Origin: the human T2T-CHM13v2.0 reference genome, Homo sapiens
Reading direction: 5' to 3' (one strand)
Length of the DNA: 64,000 nucleotides
Assembly (NCBI RefSeq): GCF_009914755.1
Contig: NC_060937.1
How positions within the stretch are numbered: the first letter of the stretch is position 1; each line of letters begins with the position of its first letter. This document shows, piece after piece, positions 27,291-41,118 of this stretch. Under the pieces are notes generated by a model, which ran no database searches, was not told the origin of the DNA, and saw only the letters and a list, made by a program, of their open reading frames with translations. A program made the translations under genes and the position numbers.

Positions 27291-28447
27291 TTGTTCCCTT
27301 TGTAATTTGATGCAAATACTTTTTTTTAAAGTGTTACTTATCTTCTTATTAATCGGGCTTGTTTTTTTAACACATGGATGCTTTAAATATTTAGGTAATC
27401 AGTTGCTTTGCTCTTTTCCTTTGTGACTTTTTCATAATGCTTTTTTAGCTTAGGAAATCCTTTCCCATCCATTTATCAGAAAAAAGTACTAAATATTCAC
27501 CTTTATGTTATTGGGAGGGGTGTTGTAGATTTTTTTTTTTTTAATGTTCAACTCTTTATTTGATTTCAAATTGATTTTAACATATGGTATGAAGTAAAGA
27601 ATTGTTTTCCCCAAGTAATATCTGGCACCAGGAACTTAACTGTACTTAACAGCCATTTACAATTTCCTGCAAAGCCAGATGTCGACTTGGGTGCTGTCAG
27701 AGCCAATAGAATGAGGAAGACATATCTTTGCCCTTATAGAACCTGCCTTAACAGTGAAATGCCAGATTCAAGTGATTTCACAAGCCCGTGGCAGATGGTG
27801 CCGGGGAGGCTGGACACTGTCATCAGGCCACAGATATCCCTCACCATGCCGCAAAAGGAGGCACCATTGTTAACAGCCTGGCTCACAGCTCACAACTCAG
27901 ACAGAACTCCCCCATCCTTTCTCAGGTTGATACTTGGCTAATAAATTGTCAGGCAGCATGAACTTCCATGCTCACCTGATACGCCATTGACAAGATAATC
28001 CTACTTTGATACACAGCAATGACATGAAACCATGGTTAAAATTGTTCTTTAAAGAATCGACTGTCTTCTGTTGACAGGGGGCCATCTCTTAAGGCCTAGG
28101 TTAAAGTCTGATGTTCTCTGAATTTGCCACAAGGTAGGGAAGGGTGAAAAGCAGATACGGTAAGATGGTGAGAGAGTAAGACCCACTGACATTTGAGACA
28201 GTGGAACAAGTTATTGGAGATGTCATGTCATGTCCTTTGAAAGTCTTTTAAGCACAGAGTGCCTGTGTCTCTGGTAATTTTTGGAGAGTTCTGCATTGAG
28301 GCAGCAAGAAGATCTGGTTCCTCAAGCAAGTGTCACGTGGAAGGAAGCCCTTCCTTGCAGAGCACACCAATTGGCTTCCTGCTGAACAGTGACTCCATCA
28401 CCTAGGGCTGGATGCAGATCCCACTTAAACTCTCCTTCAAAACAGCG

Positions 28448-28870
28448 CTACTCAGCCTTAAAAAGAAGGAAATCCTGTCATTTGCAACAACATGGATGAA
28501 CCTAGACGATATTATGCTAAGTAAAATAAGCCAGGCACTGACAGACAAATACTGCGTGACCTCACTAATACGTGGAATCTAAAAACGTTGAATTCACAAA
28601 AGCAGAGAGTAGAATGGTGGTTACCAGGGGCTGGGTGGGGAGGTGGGGATAGGAAGATATTGGTCAAAGGATACAAAATGGTGACTATAGTTCATCATAA
28701 TGTATTTTATACTTGAAAATTGATAAAAGACTCTATTTTAAGTGTTCTTACCAAAAAATAAGTATCTGAGATAATGGATATGATAATTAGCTTGACTTAG
28801 CCATTCCACAATGTATACTTTTATCAAAATATCACGCTGGACACCATAAATAAATACAATTTTTTTTCCT
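28448..28870 (+). mobile_element. L1 3' end fragment (L1MA/MB-like)
   Basis: CTACTCAGCCTTAAAAAGAAGGAAATCCTGTCATTTGCAACAACATGGATGAACCT. Confidence 0.88.
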
Positions 28871-29789
28871 GTCAAAGAAAAGAAAAAAGAAAAAGTAAAC
28901 ATTGGGCTGTGGAAAACACACTGTCATCAAGTAGATAAAAGAATATTTGCCGTGGTGTCTTTTTCCAGCCAAGGAGACACACCCTGGAAGAAGATTCTCT
29001 TGAATGATATCAGACCAGGGTGAAATAACAAAGGTGGAAAATTATTTCATTGTGTTATTCTGTAAACTGGTTTGTGGAGCATGAAAGGTTCTGCACACAA
29101 GGAGGGACTCACGCTTACTGTTTTTCTTAAATAGTATGTCCTGGACATTTCCCAAGAGCAAAAATGCAGCATGAGAGAGTAGCAGGACATATGTGTCTTT
29201 GACAGTTTTATGAAAGAGTCTTGAAAGGGAGGCTATTGAGGGCTGTAGTTATAATTACCAATTTATAAAGACTGTTCATAAACCATGGAGAAAGGCTGCC
29301 AGTCCACCCACTTGCCTGCGTTCCAGAGGTCACAGGAAGTAAAATGAACTCAATGAAGTTCTATGGTCAGTATAACAATGTGTGGTCGGTACAAATGAAT
29401 ATTTGAGTGCCTTTAAAATGTGTCAGGGGCTATTTGCAGTTTTGCTTTATAAAAATAGAAGCTATTATATTCTTGGTGTATGCTCTCTGACTGACTCTGT
29501 AGCTCAGTTATTTAGTGTAAAACTTTCTTAAATATTTAGATCTGCAGACTTCATGGTGATTAGGAGCCTTTTTGAAACAAACTGCATGTGTGAAAAATCA
29601 TTATTTTCTCTGCAAACATAGAAAAGGTCTTTGCAGTAGGTTGAAAGCAAAGGAAGGAGCTTGGTGTAGGTGATCAAACAGGCATACTAGAGTATTCAAC
29701 CTAACTTTGATGTCATCAACGATGTAGCAGGATTTTACAATGAGAGTACAATCATCTAAAAATTGATGTTTTATTCTTTTTCCTTTTAG

Positions 29790-29900
29790 GAAAAGCTATG
29801 TCTCCCCCACCACATCCTTGAAGAAAAAGGCCTGGTCAAAGTGGGCATTACCATTCAAGCATTACTAGACATCACCGTAACGAAGGCTCTGTTCACATGA
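29790..29900 (+). CDS. LRCH1: LRCH1 distal alternative terminal exon, coding part (soluble C-terminus)
   Basis: Strong acceptor ttctttttccttttag|GAA, phase 0; EKLCLPHHILEEKGLVKVGITIQALLDITVTKALFT then TGA at 29898-29900; resembles the LRCH-family CH C-terminal helix. Confidence 0.93.
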   Translation, partial: EKLCLPHHILEEKGLVKVGITIQALLDITVTKALFT

Positions 29901-32295
29901 AACTACCCCTTCTCCATTGGGGGCTCAGACTCTGCTCTCATCCAGGATCCTGAACTCTGCTCCAGGCACCTGTTCAACCCTCTCTCCCACCCACTGCCTG
30001 TCACTTCACTGACTCCAGTTACATTGAAACAATTTTCAGTCTAAGGGAGGATTTTCTACCTTTCAGAGCTGACCTCCGACTTTAAGACTTGACAGGTATT
30101 TATCTTGAAACCAGAGAGGGAGCTGGAGGAAAAAAAAACTGAGCAGCACATCAATGCCTTTTCCACCCTCCTTCATCCTTTCCACACTCACCGACTGCCA
30201 TTACCAAAACGCCAAGCACAACCGTTTTGCAGCAAGACGCATTCGTTTTATTAAAACCAAACTCGTTATGTATTTAGTGGGGGGAGGGGGGCACAATCAG
30301 GTTTTTCACCACCAAATTTTTCGAGAGGTTTCTTGAGACCATTGCCTTTTAAAAAACTATTTTCGACATACAAAATATTTATATAAATATTATTTATTAG
30401 TGAGTTGTTATTCATCCTTTGGATGCAAATTGTAAATTAGGAAACTATTTTATTACTGCTTTTTTGTGGTTAAACACTTTATTTTAATATAAATGTTGAG
30501 TTATTTTCTATCCTCTTTGGTGTGCGGTAGTTTAGGTCTCAGTAATGTTTCTGGTATATATGATTCCAAAAAAAAGCGAAAAACAGGTGCTTTTAGGACA
30601 CAACTTTTCTGGGGAGGCAATATTGACACTTTGGTTTGTGGAACGTTGGTCTTATTTATATTTCTGCATTCCATCCAGTTTCCTACATTCCAGCAGCCCT
30701 CTGTCCCCCAATATAATGAACTGACTAAAATCAAGAGAGCACCCCAAAGTTATTTGTAAATAGCTGTGATGGAAAAAAAAAAGACATATTAAACTTGAAG
30801 CTAAAATGTGAACAATTATTTTTTGGATTCATACTTCTTTTGCTATGCACAAAACATTCACGTTTTAACACAAAGAAATAATAAGTGTTAGCATCGTGTG
30901 TCTTGAAGTATACTTTTGCACTGTAACTTGGGTTACGTTAAAGAGAGCTTAGCACCAAAGGTAGATAATGAAGAAATGGCATAGGAAAGTGGAGATGATA
31001 AAAAGTTGATTGTTGAACCAAAAAGGGTTTGAAGGGAAGCTTCGACTGAGTATCAGAAATTACTTAAGGCACATAGGACCTGAATCAGGAAACCAGCACT
31101 TCTTACAACTGCCAGTTTTAAAAGAGGAAATGATTCTGAGATGTGCTCATTTTATTTTAATTTGGTGGTTGGTGGTTTTCCAAGTAGTCTGTAAAATCCT
31201 GCAAGATTCACAGTCTCTGGTGTGAAACCTCAGAAGTGAGTCGTTGTGAGCCTGTGGGCAGCACCACCAAGGCAGGCTAAGGGGAGGGTGCAGTAAGTGG
31301 AGTTTGTGAGGCTGAGTGGCTGAGGAGGGAGCAAGTGCAACAAAATAGGGCTAGAGAAGAACCAGCCAAGGAGTGGAACCCATGCTGCTCTCAGAGATTC
31401 ACGGAACACGGCAGCCTTCTGCAGGCAGTTCCATGCATGTGCACTCACGCTGCAATCACAGATGTCCCAGTAATTAACCTTTCTAAGTCTTGTGAATGCT
31501 GACTGCACTTTCACCTCCTCGAAAAGCCATTGGAAGTTTTTAGAGCAGCAGCAGCCACAGTTTGTAAGACAAATGTAGAGGGGGACGCAAAAGAAAAGAC
31601 ACCACCAGGAGGAGGATTCAGTGTGCAGTCAGCACAGACCAACATCAACCAAGGCAATGGCTGCCCTCCACTCTTGGGAAGATGGGGGGAGGTTTCTGAA
31701 AACGGAAATTTGGATTGGCAGCTAGCAGTTATTTCCTATCAGATGTACTGTGCACTTTAACCTAACTTAAAATGTATTTTAATATTTTTCTGTACTGCAC
31801 AAATACCTGTTTTGTCAAATAGCATAATGATGTAAAGAAACATTTTGGACAAAGAGTGTATACAATTTAAGCAACATTCAAAGGTTGACTATATAAGTAG
31901 GAGTTTAGCCTGCTGCACCTTCACGGGCATTCAGAATGCGGGGTCCTGAAATATTTTCTTACGTGTATATATGGTAGCATGAAGCTTTGTAATCATTGTT
32001 TTGAGAGATTTTTTTTTCAAAATTAAAGTATTTCTTTTGATATTAATTTTTATTATTTTCTTGAAGTTGGTTGTGTAATGTAAATGGCTTCAGTCTTCTG
32101 TAAAATTGCTTTTTTTTCTTTTAAATGCAGTCCTTCTATGGCTAAGACGTCTTCAAGATCCTTGTACACTGTTTATATGTGCAATAAAATGCATGGCCAG
32201 CTGACAGTATCGTCAGTGGACAGAATGTATATAGTGCAAATATCCTTCCTTTTATTATTTAACAGCCATTAAAACCTTGGATTTGTACAAACCAC
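29901..32295 (+). other. LRCH1: 3' UTR of the distal LRCH1 isoform (end approximate)
   Basis: About 2.4 kb of repeat-free, AU-rich sequence ending at AATAAA and ATTAAA; repeats resume immediately after. Confidence 0.75.
32183..32273 (+). terminator. Poly(A) signals of the distal LRCH1 isoform
   Basis: AATAAA at 32183-32188 and ATTAAA at 32268-32273, with upstream TGTA motifs and TTTGT elements downstream. Confidence 0.7.
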
Positions 32296-32333
32296 TTTGT
32301 GATTGACTTACCCATCAAAAAGGTTGACCCCGG

Positions 32334-32334
<1 letters not shown>

Positions 32335-32368
<34 letters not shown>
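32335..32368. repeat. (CA)17 microsatellite
   Basis: Perfect run; other (CA)n runs lie near 32884-32911 and 43666-43700. Confidence 0.95.
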
Positions 32369-32369
<1 letters not shown>

Positions 32370-32491
32370 CATAGGGTGTCATTGCTGAAACAGATTGTAG
32401 CAATCATGTATATTTATGTATATGTGCACATAATATGTATATGTTATATGTATGTATGGCTGTGTGTGTATAAAATTTGGAGAAAGAATAT

Positions 32492-32829
32492 ATAGTAATG
32501 CATCATGTGACAACAGGGATATATCTGAGAAACGTGTCATTAGGTGATTTCGTCATTGTGCAAACATCATAGAGTATATTTACACACTTAGTATAGCCGA
32601 CCACACACCTAGGCTATGTGGCCTATTGCTCCCAGGACGCAAACCTGCACAGCATGATACTATACTGAATAATGTAGGCTGTTGTAACACAATGGTAAGT
32701 ATTTGTGTATCTAAACATAGTTAAACATTGGAAAGGTACAGTAAAAATATGGTATTATATAATCTTCGGAGACCACTGTTGTATATTTAGTTCATCATTG
32801 ACCAAAATGTTGTTATGTGTACATGACTG
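32492..32829 (-). mobile_element. Tigger3-like TcMar DNA transposon relic
   Basis: CTGAGAAACGTGTCATTAGGTGATTTCGTCATTGTGCAAACATCATAGAGT and terminal CATGACTG-TA. Confidence 0.75.
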
Positions 32830-32879
32830 TATATTCATGTATAGCTATCAGAAGAATGACTCTATCCATCTATCTGTCG

Positions 32880-32910
<31 letters not shown>

Positions 32911-34614
32911 CCCTCAGGATACTCTTTTTTTCTCCCAAACTAAAACTTATAGCGTAACATAACAGGAGTAGCAAATTTGCTATGATGGATTTGGAGTTCA
33001 GGTGAAAGCATGGATTCAGGACCCCTACTTGTTTTTTGGGCATATTTGAGAACACTTAAGATTTCTTGGCCCATGTTGTGAAAACCACAGAATCTGGGCC
33101 TCCCTCCTCAACTGTGGTATCTGACACCCAGAGAATGAAATGGTTGCCTTGATTACACCACTAGATCTGGGCCAGTCTTGTTTTCCTCACAGGGCTAGCC
33201 TACCTTTGGTAGACAGCAGCTGCTTTGAGAAATTCAAGTGAATATAGTAACATCATTTCCACGTTCTCACCCCACCCCACCCCACATAAAATACACACAG
33301 ACCCGAAACTGCTAGCCTGAGCAGGGCCTTCAGGGAGCAGTATCAGGACCTCTGCATTTAAGATCCTCATTTACTGAGTCAAGACACTCTGTACATGGCC
33401 CATGGTGTTTTCCTTTGAGGCGCTGCAACTGTGCCAAATCCCAAAATCTTTTAGTTGTCCCTCTGCATATTACAGAAGTCCAGCTCTTCACAGACACTTT
33501 CCATCTTAAACTTGCTGGAGCAACAGGGAAACGCGTAATTTATTGAGTAGCTACTGTGGGTCGAGTGTTGTATCTCAGCTGTGTGCCCCATTAGAACAAG
33601 GCTGCTTGTCTGTTTTGTTCTTTGCTGATTCGCCAATGCCTAGAACAGTGCAGCAGTGTCTACTGAAGAGGTGAAATAAACTTTACACACATTAGCTCAA
33701 AAACTTACATAACCCTGTAAGGAAGAGATTTGTAGTGGACACCAAGGGACTGTTCACCTAACACCACATACTCCTAGGAGTAGGAACTGCTCCTGCCTCA
33801 TATACCACAAAGATTTGTGGCCCATACATAGCGCTGCCCACCTGGCTATGGTTCATCCATTCAGGAGCTGCACCTTCCTCACAATTGACTTGCAAGTCTC
33901 TTCTTTGGGATTTTAATTCTTTTCCTGGTGACCGAAGACAGAAGACATAAAACCTACAAAAGATCTAGGGAGAAACTGGCCTACAGAAAGACAGAGGCAC
34001 AAGAGACAGCAAAAAAAACCCTGAAGTTTGGGTCCAGTAAGAAAGAAATCCTGTATTTCTGAAGCCCAGGTAGTTAAATCTTTCATGAGTACTTCCAAGA
34101 GGCTACAACTTTTGCATAAAATCAGTTTCAGCTGGGCTTCTCTCAGCTCTAATTAAGAATGCAAACTAATGAGTAGAAGCTGAGACTCAGTTGTTCAGGT
34201 AATCTGTTCAAGGTCACAGCAGGTAAGAAAGAGTCAGATAGAGGCTCAGCTAGGTCAGGTCTGTACCCTCACTGAAGAGAAGGGCTTCCCAGCAGAGTTG
34301 ACTCCATTGAAGTTTCTAAAGTTAAAAAAAATTCCTGGGCAATTATTAGAATGTTTAAACCTAGAAAAGCAAGCATAGTCACATGCTAAAACCTGATCAA
34401 CTGAGTCTTACCTGGACTAGTCTGAATGCTAAGTCACATCAAGGCCAAACCACAAAGAGCAGGATAAAAGGGATTTACTGAAGAAGGCTTTAATTTCGTT
34501 GCCATTTCTCTCCTTGAATTTAATTCAATATTACTATGTTGTTGTTGTTTCATTTTGGAATTTTCTCCCTGTTTATCAAAGTGATACATGGTTTTTTTTT
34601 TAATGTAATAATTT

Positions 34615-35882
<1,268 letters not shown>

Positions 35883-36671
35883 TGACACATGCATAATATA
35901 GAAGCTTTGGCAGGTATAAAAGTAGTTGGGGAAAATGATCCAGAATTCCACCTTATAGGTAATGATTAAACCTTTGGGATATTTTCTTTGAGACATCTTA
36001 TACATTTTTACATATTAAAACTTTACATATTGACTTTTTTTCTTGTTAATGTTAGATTTTATGCATTCCCTGCACCCCCTGATCCCCCACTGGGTAGTAT
36101 TGTTTACTATAGGGAAAGGTGGAGTTCCCTGGACAGGCACTGACAGAATATTTTAGAGGCTTCCTTTACAAGTATACAGACCTAAAATAAAGACATGGGC
36201 CCTTAGGTCTTTGAGGGGCACTGGGAGCCAGCAGGGGGGTGAGGAGGTACTGCAGGAAAGAGAAGATGGCCAATAGGGGCTGTGTTCCTAAACCAGCTCC
36301 ACAGGGAGTGACTGAAGCCCCGCCATGCAGAAAGCTCTGGGAAATGGCACAGAATGTCTCATACCGCAGAGGTATCCCAGCCAAGCTCCCAAGAGAGAAC
36401 TGACGTATTTACACACACACAAAGAAAACTTCCCTCAACAACACGCCTAGAAATGTGTAATAAAATAAACACATACTTAGTTTAATGCTTTGTTTATCAT
36501 AAGAAAATTAGGGAACTCCCTACAGTCTCTAAAGAGGAAGCTAAAACTGCAGATAAAGACAATTCTAAAAGCAAGGACAGATTACCTACAGGGGAAAAAA
36601 GTACTGTAGCAGATCTCTCAGCAGTACAATCAGAAGCCAATCAATGATAATCTCTTCAAAGTGCTGAGAGA

Positions 36672-36955
36672 GGCTGTGAGTGATGGCTCACGCCTGTAAT
36701 CCCAGCACTTTGGGAGGCCAAGGCAGGTGGACCACTCGAGCTCAGGAGTTCGAGACTAGCCTGGCCAACATGGTGAAACCCTGTCTCTACTAAAAATACA
36801 AAAATTAGCCGGGTGTGGTGGCGTGCACCTGTAATCCCAGCTACTTGGGAGGCTGAGGAAAGAGATTCACTTGAACCCCGGAGCAGGAGGTTGCAGTGAG
36901 CTGACATCGTGCCACTGCACTCAAGCCTGGGTGATACAGTGAGACTCAGTCTCAA
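36672..36955 (+). mobile_element. Alu
   Basis: Dimeric Alu whose tail runs into a GA-rich tract. Confidence 0.93.
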
Positions 36956-37168
36956 AAGACAGAAAAGAAAGAGAAAGAAAGAAAAAGAAAAGAATGAAAG
37001 AGAGAGAGAGAGAAAGAAGAGAGGGACAGGGAGGAAGGGAGGAAGGAAGGGGAAAGAAGGAAAAAGAAAAAAGGAAGGAAGAAAAGAAAGAGAAGAAAGA
37101 AAAGGAAGACAGGAAGAAAGAAAAAGAAGAAAAGAAAGAAAGGAAAGGAAGAAAGAACTGAGAGAAAA
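36956..37168. repeat. Polypurine (GAAA/GGAA/GA) low-complexity tract
   Basis: About 210 nt, almost purely A/G on the + strand. Confidence 0.95.
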
Positions 37169-38432
37169 TAGCTTAATATTTTCAGACAAACAAAAACGTA
37201 ATTCACTATCAACACACTTTCACTGAATGATGTATTTCAGGGAGAAGGAAGGTCTAACCGCCCCCCCCACAAAAAAAAAACAGTGGCCAAAAGATAAACA
37301 TGTAACTATGTGTGCATATCCAAACAAACATTGGCTGTACGTTAATGACATTAATGGCTAATTTAGGGTAGGAGTTGCTGAAAAGCAAAACAAAACAAAA
37401 ATAGAAAGAAAATGCTGGCCAGTACTACATACAAGATGAAAAGGCTTGATCTCAGTTAAAATATTTCAGTTTCTTGCTATTTTGGAGGAGGGTAGATGCA
37501 TTGTTGCATTTTCAATCATGTTAAATGTAAATGTTAAAACTTTAATGAAAAGACAAGAGTGTCTATCACTTTCAGATCAGTAAAGAGAAGAATATAAAGT
37601 TAGAAAGTCCCTTCCAAAAGTAAGGAAGGATGTAGACTGGGGAGAAGAAGCAGAAGGAACAGAGTAAAGGAAGGGACCCAAATAACAGAGCAGAAATAAA
37701 CTCAGATACATCAGCAAGCATGATAAATAGCAAGAAACTAGATAGCTGAAAGGCAGATTGGATTTCCAAGAAAAGCAACTATATATTTACAGACACAACG
37801 AGATATAAGGGCATAGACTGAAAGTAAAAAGACAGAAAGTGATGCCACACACTAATTTCTGTTTATATATGAATAATAAGAAAGCCCAGCAAACACTTGA
37901 GAAAGACTGTCTAAATAAGTAGGCTGGAAATCTGTGTCAGTACAAACCCAGGGCTAAGACAGCTGTGTCCTACCTGTAGATCTTTCTTTTCAGAAGTACG
38001 TGTGTTTATGGGCAGAGGATGCTGTCAGGCAGGTCTGGAGCTGAGGATCGCTGCGTGAAGCACAGCGTCATCGAGAATGCAAGACAGTCATCATCAGGAT
38101 GAAGGTAAAGTGACATTTACTGACAAGGTGAGAGAGGCGATGACACCAAAGTCATGGCAGGCAGTTACCTATAGAAAATCCATCTGACCATTATGCTCTG
38201 TGCTTTTTGAATGCTGGTTGCAAAGATAAATTGGGTCAGCAACACCCATGATAAGAAGTCACTGAGCATTTAAAGGCAGTGAGCAACATATTGGTACTTG
38301 TGAGTCATAAAATGGGGCAAGGTGGGGATGAGACTGGGGAGGAATAGCGGATAGGCTGCCGCTTTCCAATGTGACTAGGAATGCCAAAGTAAATAAAATG
38401 GGGTACTTGGCCAATAAACTCTCCTAACAACT

Positions 38433-38846
38433 TGCTATAGGTTAGATATGGTTTGTTTGGTTCTACCAAGTTTCATGTTGAAATTTCATCCCAGCGCTGG
38501 AGGTGGAGCATAGTGGGAGGTGTTTGGATCATGGGAGTGGGTTTCTCATGAATGGCTTGGTGCCATTCTGCCAGGAGTGAGTTCTCACTCTTAGTTCCTG
38601 TCACAATTGGTTGTTGAAAAGAGGCTGGCACCTTCCCCCTCTCTCTTGCTTTCACTCTTGGCATGTGATCTCTGCACACAGGCTCCCCTTCACCTTCCAC
38701 CATAAGTGGAAGCAGCTTGAAGCCCTCACCAGCAGCAGATGCTGACATCATGCTTCATGTAGAACCCCGAGCCAAGTAAACCTCCTTTCTTTATAAATCA
38801 CCCAGCCTCAGGTATTCCTTTATAACAATGCACACAGACTAAGACA
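38433..38846 (+). mobile_element. MST-type MaLR solo LTR
   Basis: ATATGGTTTG start, GGGAGGTGTTTGGATCATGG, and CCCAGCCTCAGGTATTCCTTTATA...GACTAAGACA end. Confidence 0.85.
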
Positions 38847-38878
38847 CAACTATCGCTTTTCTCTGAGAAATAAAAAAA

Positions 38879-39104
38879 GGCCAGGCACAGTTTCTCATGC
38901 TTATAATCCCAGCACTTTGGGAGACTGAGGGTGATGGATCACTTGAGCCTAGGAGTTTGAGACCAGCCTGAGCAACATGGCAAAACCCCTCCTCTACAAA
39001 AACAAACAAACAAAACATACAAAAATTAGCAGGGGCATGGTGGCTCGTGCTGTAGTCCCAGATAGCTGGGACTACAGCAAGACTGTCTCCAAAAAAAAAA
39101 AAAA
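38879..39104 (+). mobile_element. Alu with most of the right arm replaced by a fold-back
   Basis: Left arm and linker present; right arm jumps to CAAGACTGTCTC and the A tail. Confidence 0.88.
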
Positions 39105-41118
39105 TTTGCTGTCCTCTAAGTTGATTTCCACATAGACATCTGCTACAGTCACAAAAGCCAGAGGAAGGGGAAGGGGAGAAGACATGTCTACTGCCTTGGA
39201 AGACTCCACACAGCCTCTAGTTAGACTGAATGTGTAGGTGGTGAGGTAACAGAACTCCTTGCCACATAATTTTATTGCTTAACTGGGCACAACTCTGCTT
39301 GAATATTGACTTTGTGCCGTTGGCTTCTTTTCCTGCTTCCTGCTTCAGCTCTTCCAAAGTGTTGTCTCAAATCTCGTTCAGTCTGTCCCCAGCTTGCCTC
39401 TTAATTTACAAGGAAAATGAGGGCCTCAGCAGTGAAGTGTCAACTTATTTCCTGTCTTGGAGGAGTAGATGGCACTTCTCCCTCCCAAGGTTAGACGCCA
39501 ACTCCACAGCCTTGGGAGATTTTATGTTATTTGTTCTCTCTCTCTCTCTTTGTCTCTTGATCTCCTCCTCCACCCTCTCCTCTCCACCTATAGTTTAATT
39601 ATTCAGCCACAAATTCAAACATTACCAGGCTATAAGAAAGATACTTTTCTTGACTTCATCTTTTCCCTCAAAATACTGTCTAGTTTCTCCTCTCCCTGTT
39701 AAGTTCTTTAAAGAGTATTCTATAAGCAATGCTGGAGTGTAAACTTAGAAGGAATAGAGGTCTTGGTTTTGTTTACTACCATATCCTCAAGGCTTAGAAC
39801 ATGGCCTGATATATAATAGGTGCTTGATGAATATTTGTTGAATAAATGAATGGACAAATGCCTTCATTTCTTCTTCTAACCATACCACTTCATTGAAAAT
39901 ACTTTTTGGTCATGGGTCCCACATCTCAGTTGCCAGATCCAATGGCCTCTTTTCAGTCCTTGTTCTATTTGACCTTCCTGTGGCATATGAGATCATTGAA
40001 AACTTGCTTCTTGAAAGCCAGTTCTCTCTTAGTACAATTTTTATCTCAATGTTTTTATTTTTCCATCTTCTTCATAGGCTTCTGTTTCTGTGCCCAACCC
40101 CTGCCCTCCTGGAAATGAAATGCTTGGCACTCTTCCATCCATGCTGAAGATCTCTGGTGGTGTCCACCAGCCTAGGTAACTTATAACTCTGTATATCTTC
40201 ACAATGCTAGGTCCATTCTGGGTATCTTCACTTGGATGTCCTATGGGTCCTGCAAATATGTTTAAAATTGACCTCCCTCTGCACCTCCCCAAACTCCTTC
40301 TTTATATGCGTTTCCCGGTTCAGTGATTTCATCATCTTCCCAGCCTCCCAAGCTAGACACTGCAGGATGACCACTGATGTGTTCCTGTCCTTTTCAGTCT
40401 GTCACTAAGCCCCGCAGATCCTCCCTCAGAAACATCTCTCAGCCCCAGCCTCTCCTCTTTCTCCCTGCTACCTTAGCGCCTGCCCTGATCAGCTCACCCT
40501 GGGTAAGTGGTCAATGGCTCATTTGTCACCTTGTCTCCCTCCTCTTCTTCCTCCCTTCTCTGCTGCTACAATAATATTTAGAAAAAGCAAGTCTTATCAT
40601 GTCTCTTCCCTACTGGAAACATATTCAGCACTTTACTATTACTCACACAATTGATTTTGGTGCTATGCTTGCCCTTCCCAGACTGTTTCCGTCCTACTGC
40701 TAACACCCTCTGCTGCAGCCACTCCAGTCTCCTCTTTCCAGGTGCTCCCATGTCTTTGTTCCCTGTGCTACGCCTGCTCCTTGGAATACCCGCTCACCTC
40801 TTCTTGACTTTATGAAGTGCTACTGAGCCTTCAAGACTTACGGACAATGTCTCCTTTTTGGTGAGTTTTTTCCCCATCCCCTCCAGATTATTTCTTTCAC
40901 CTTGGCACCCCTGAAAAAATAATCTGTGTCTGCTTTATGTTCATTTCTCAATAAACCTCTTTTATCGAGCTCGTATTAGACAAATAATAATTTCAATGGG
41001 GAAAGAGCATGAAAAGACCCCACAATAGTTCATTTTTCTTACAGGAATCTAAATAAGGGAAGTCATGGATATAAGTGATGAGGAAAACTAAATACGATAC
41101 CCAATGCTTATCGAGTGG

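Noticed and set aside
36226-36242. CCAGCAGGGGGGTG as a CTCF site
   Set aside because: Lacks the conserved GGC at the 3' end of the core.
36656-37226. K/E/R-rich and F/L/S-rich ORFs
   Set aside because: Translation of a polypurine tract and an Alu; such tracts lack stop codons by composition.
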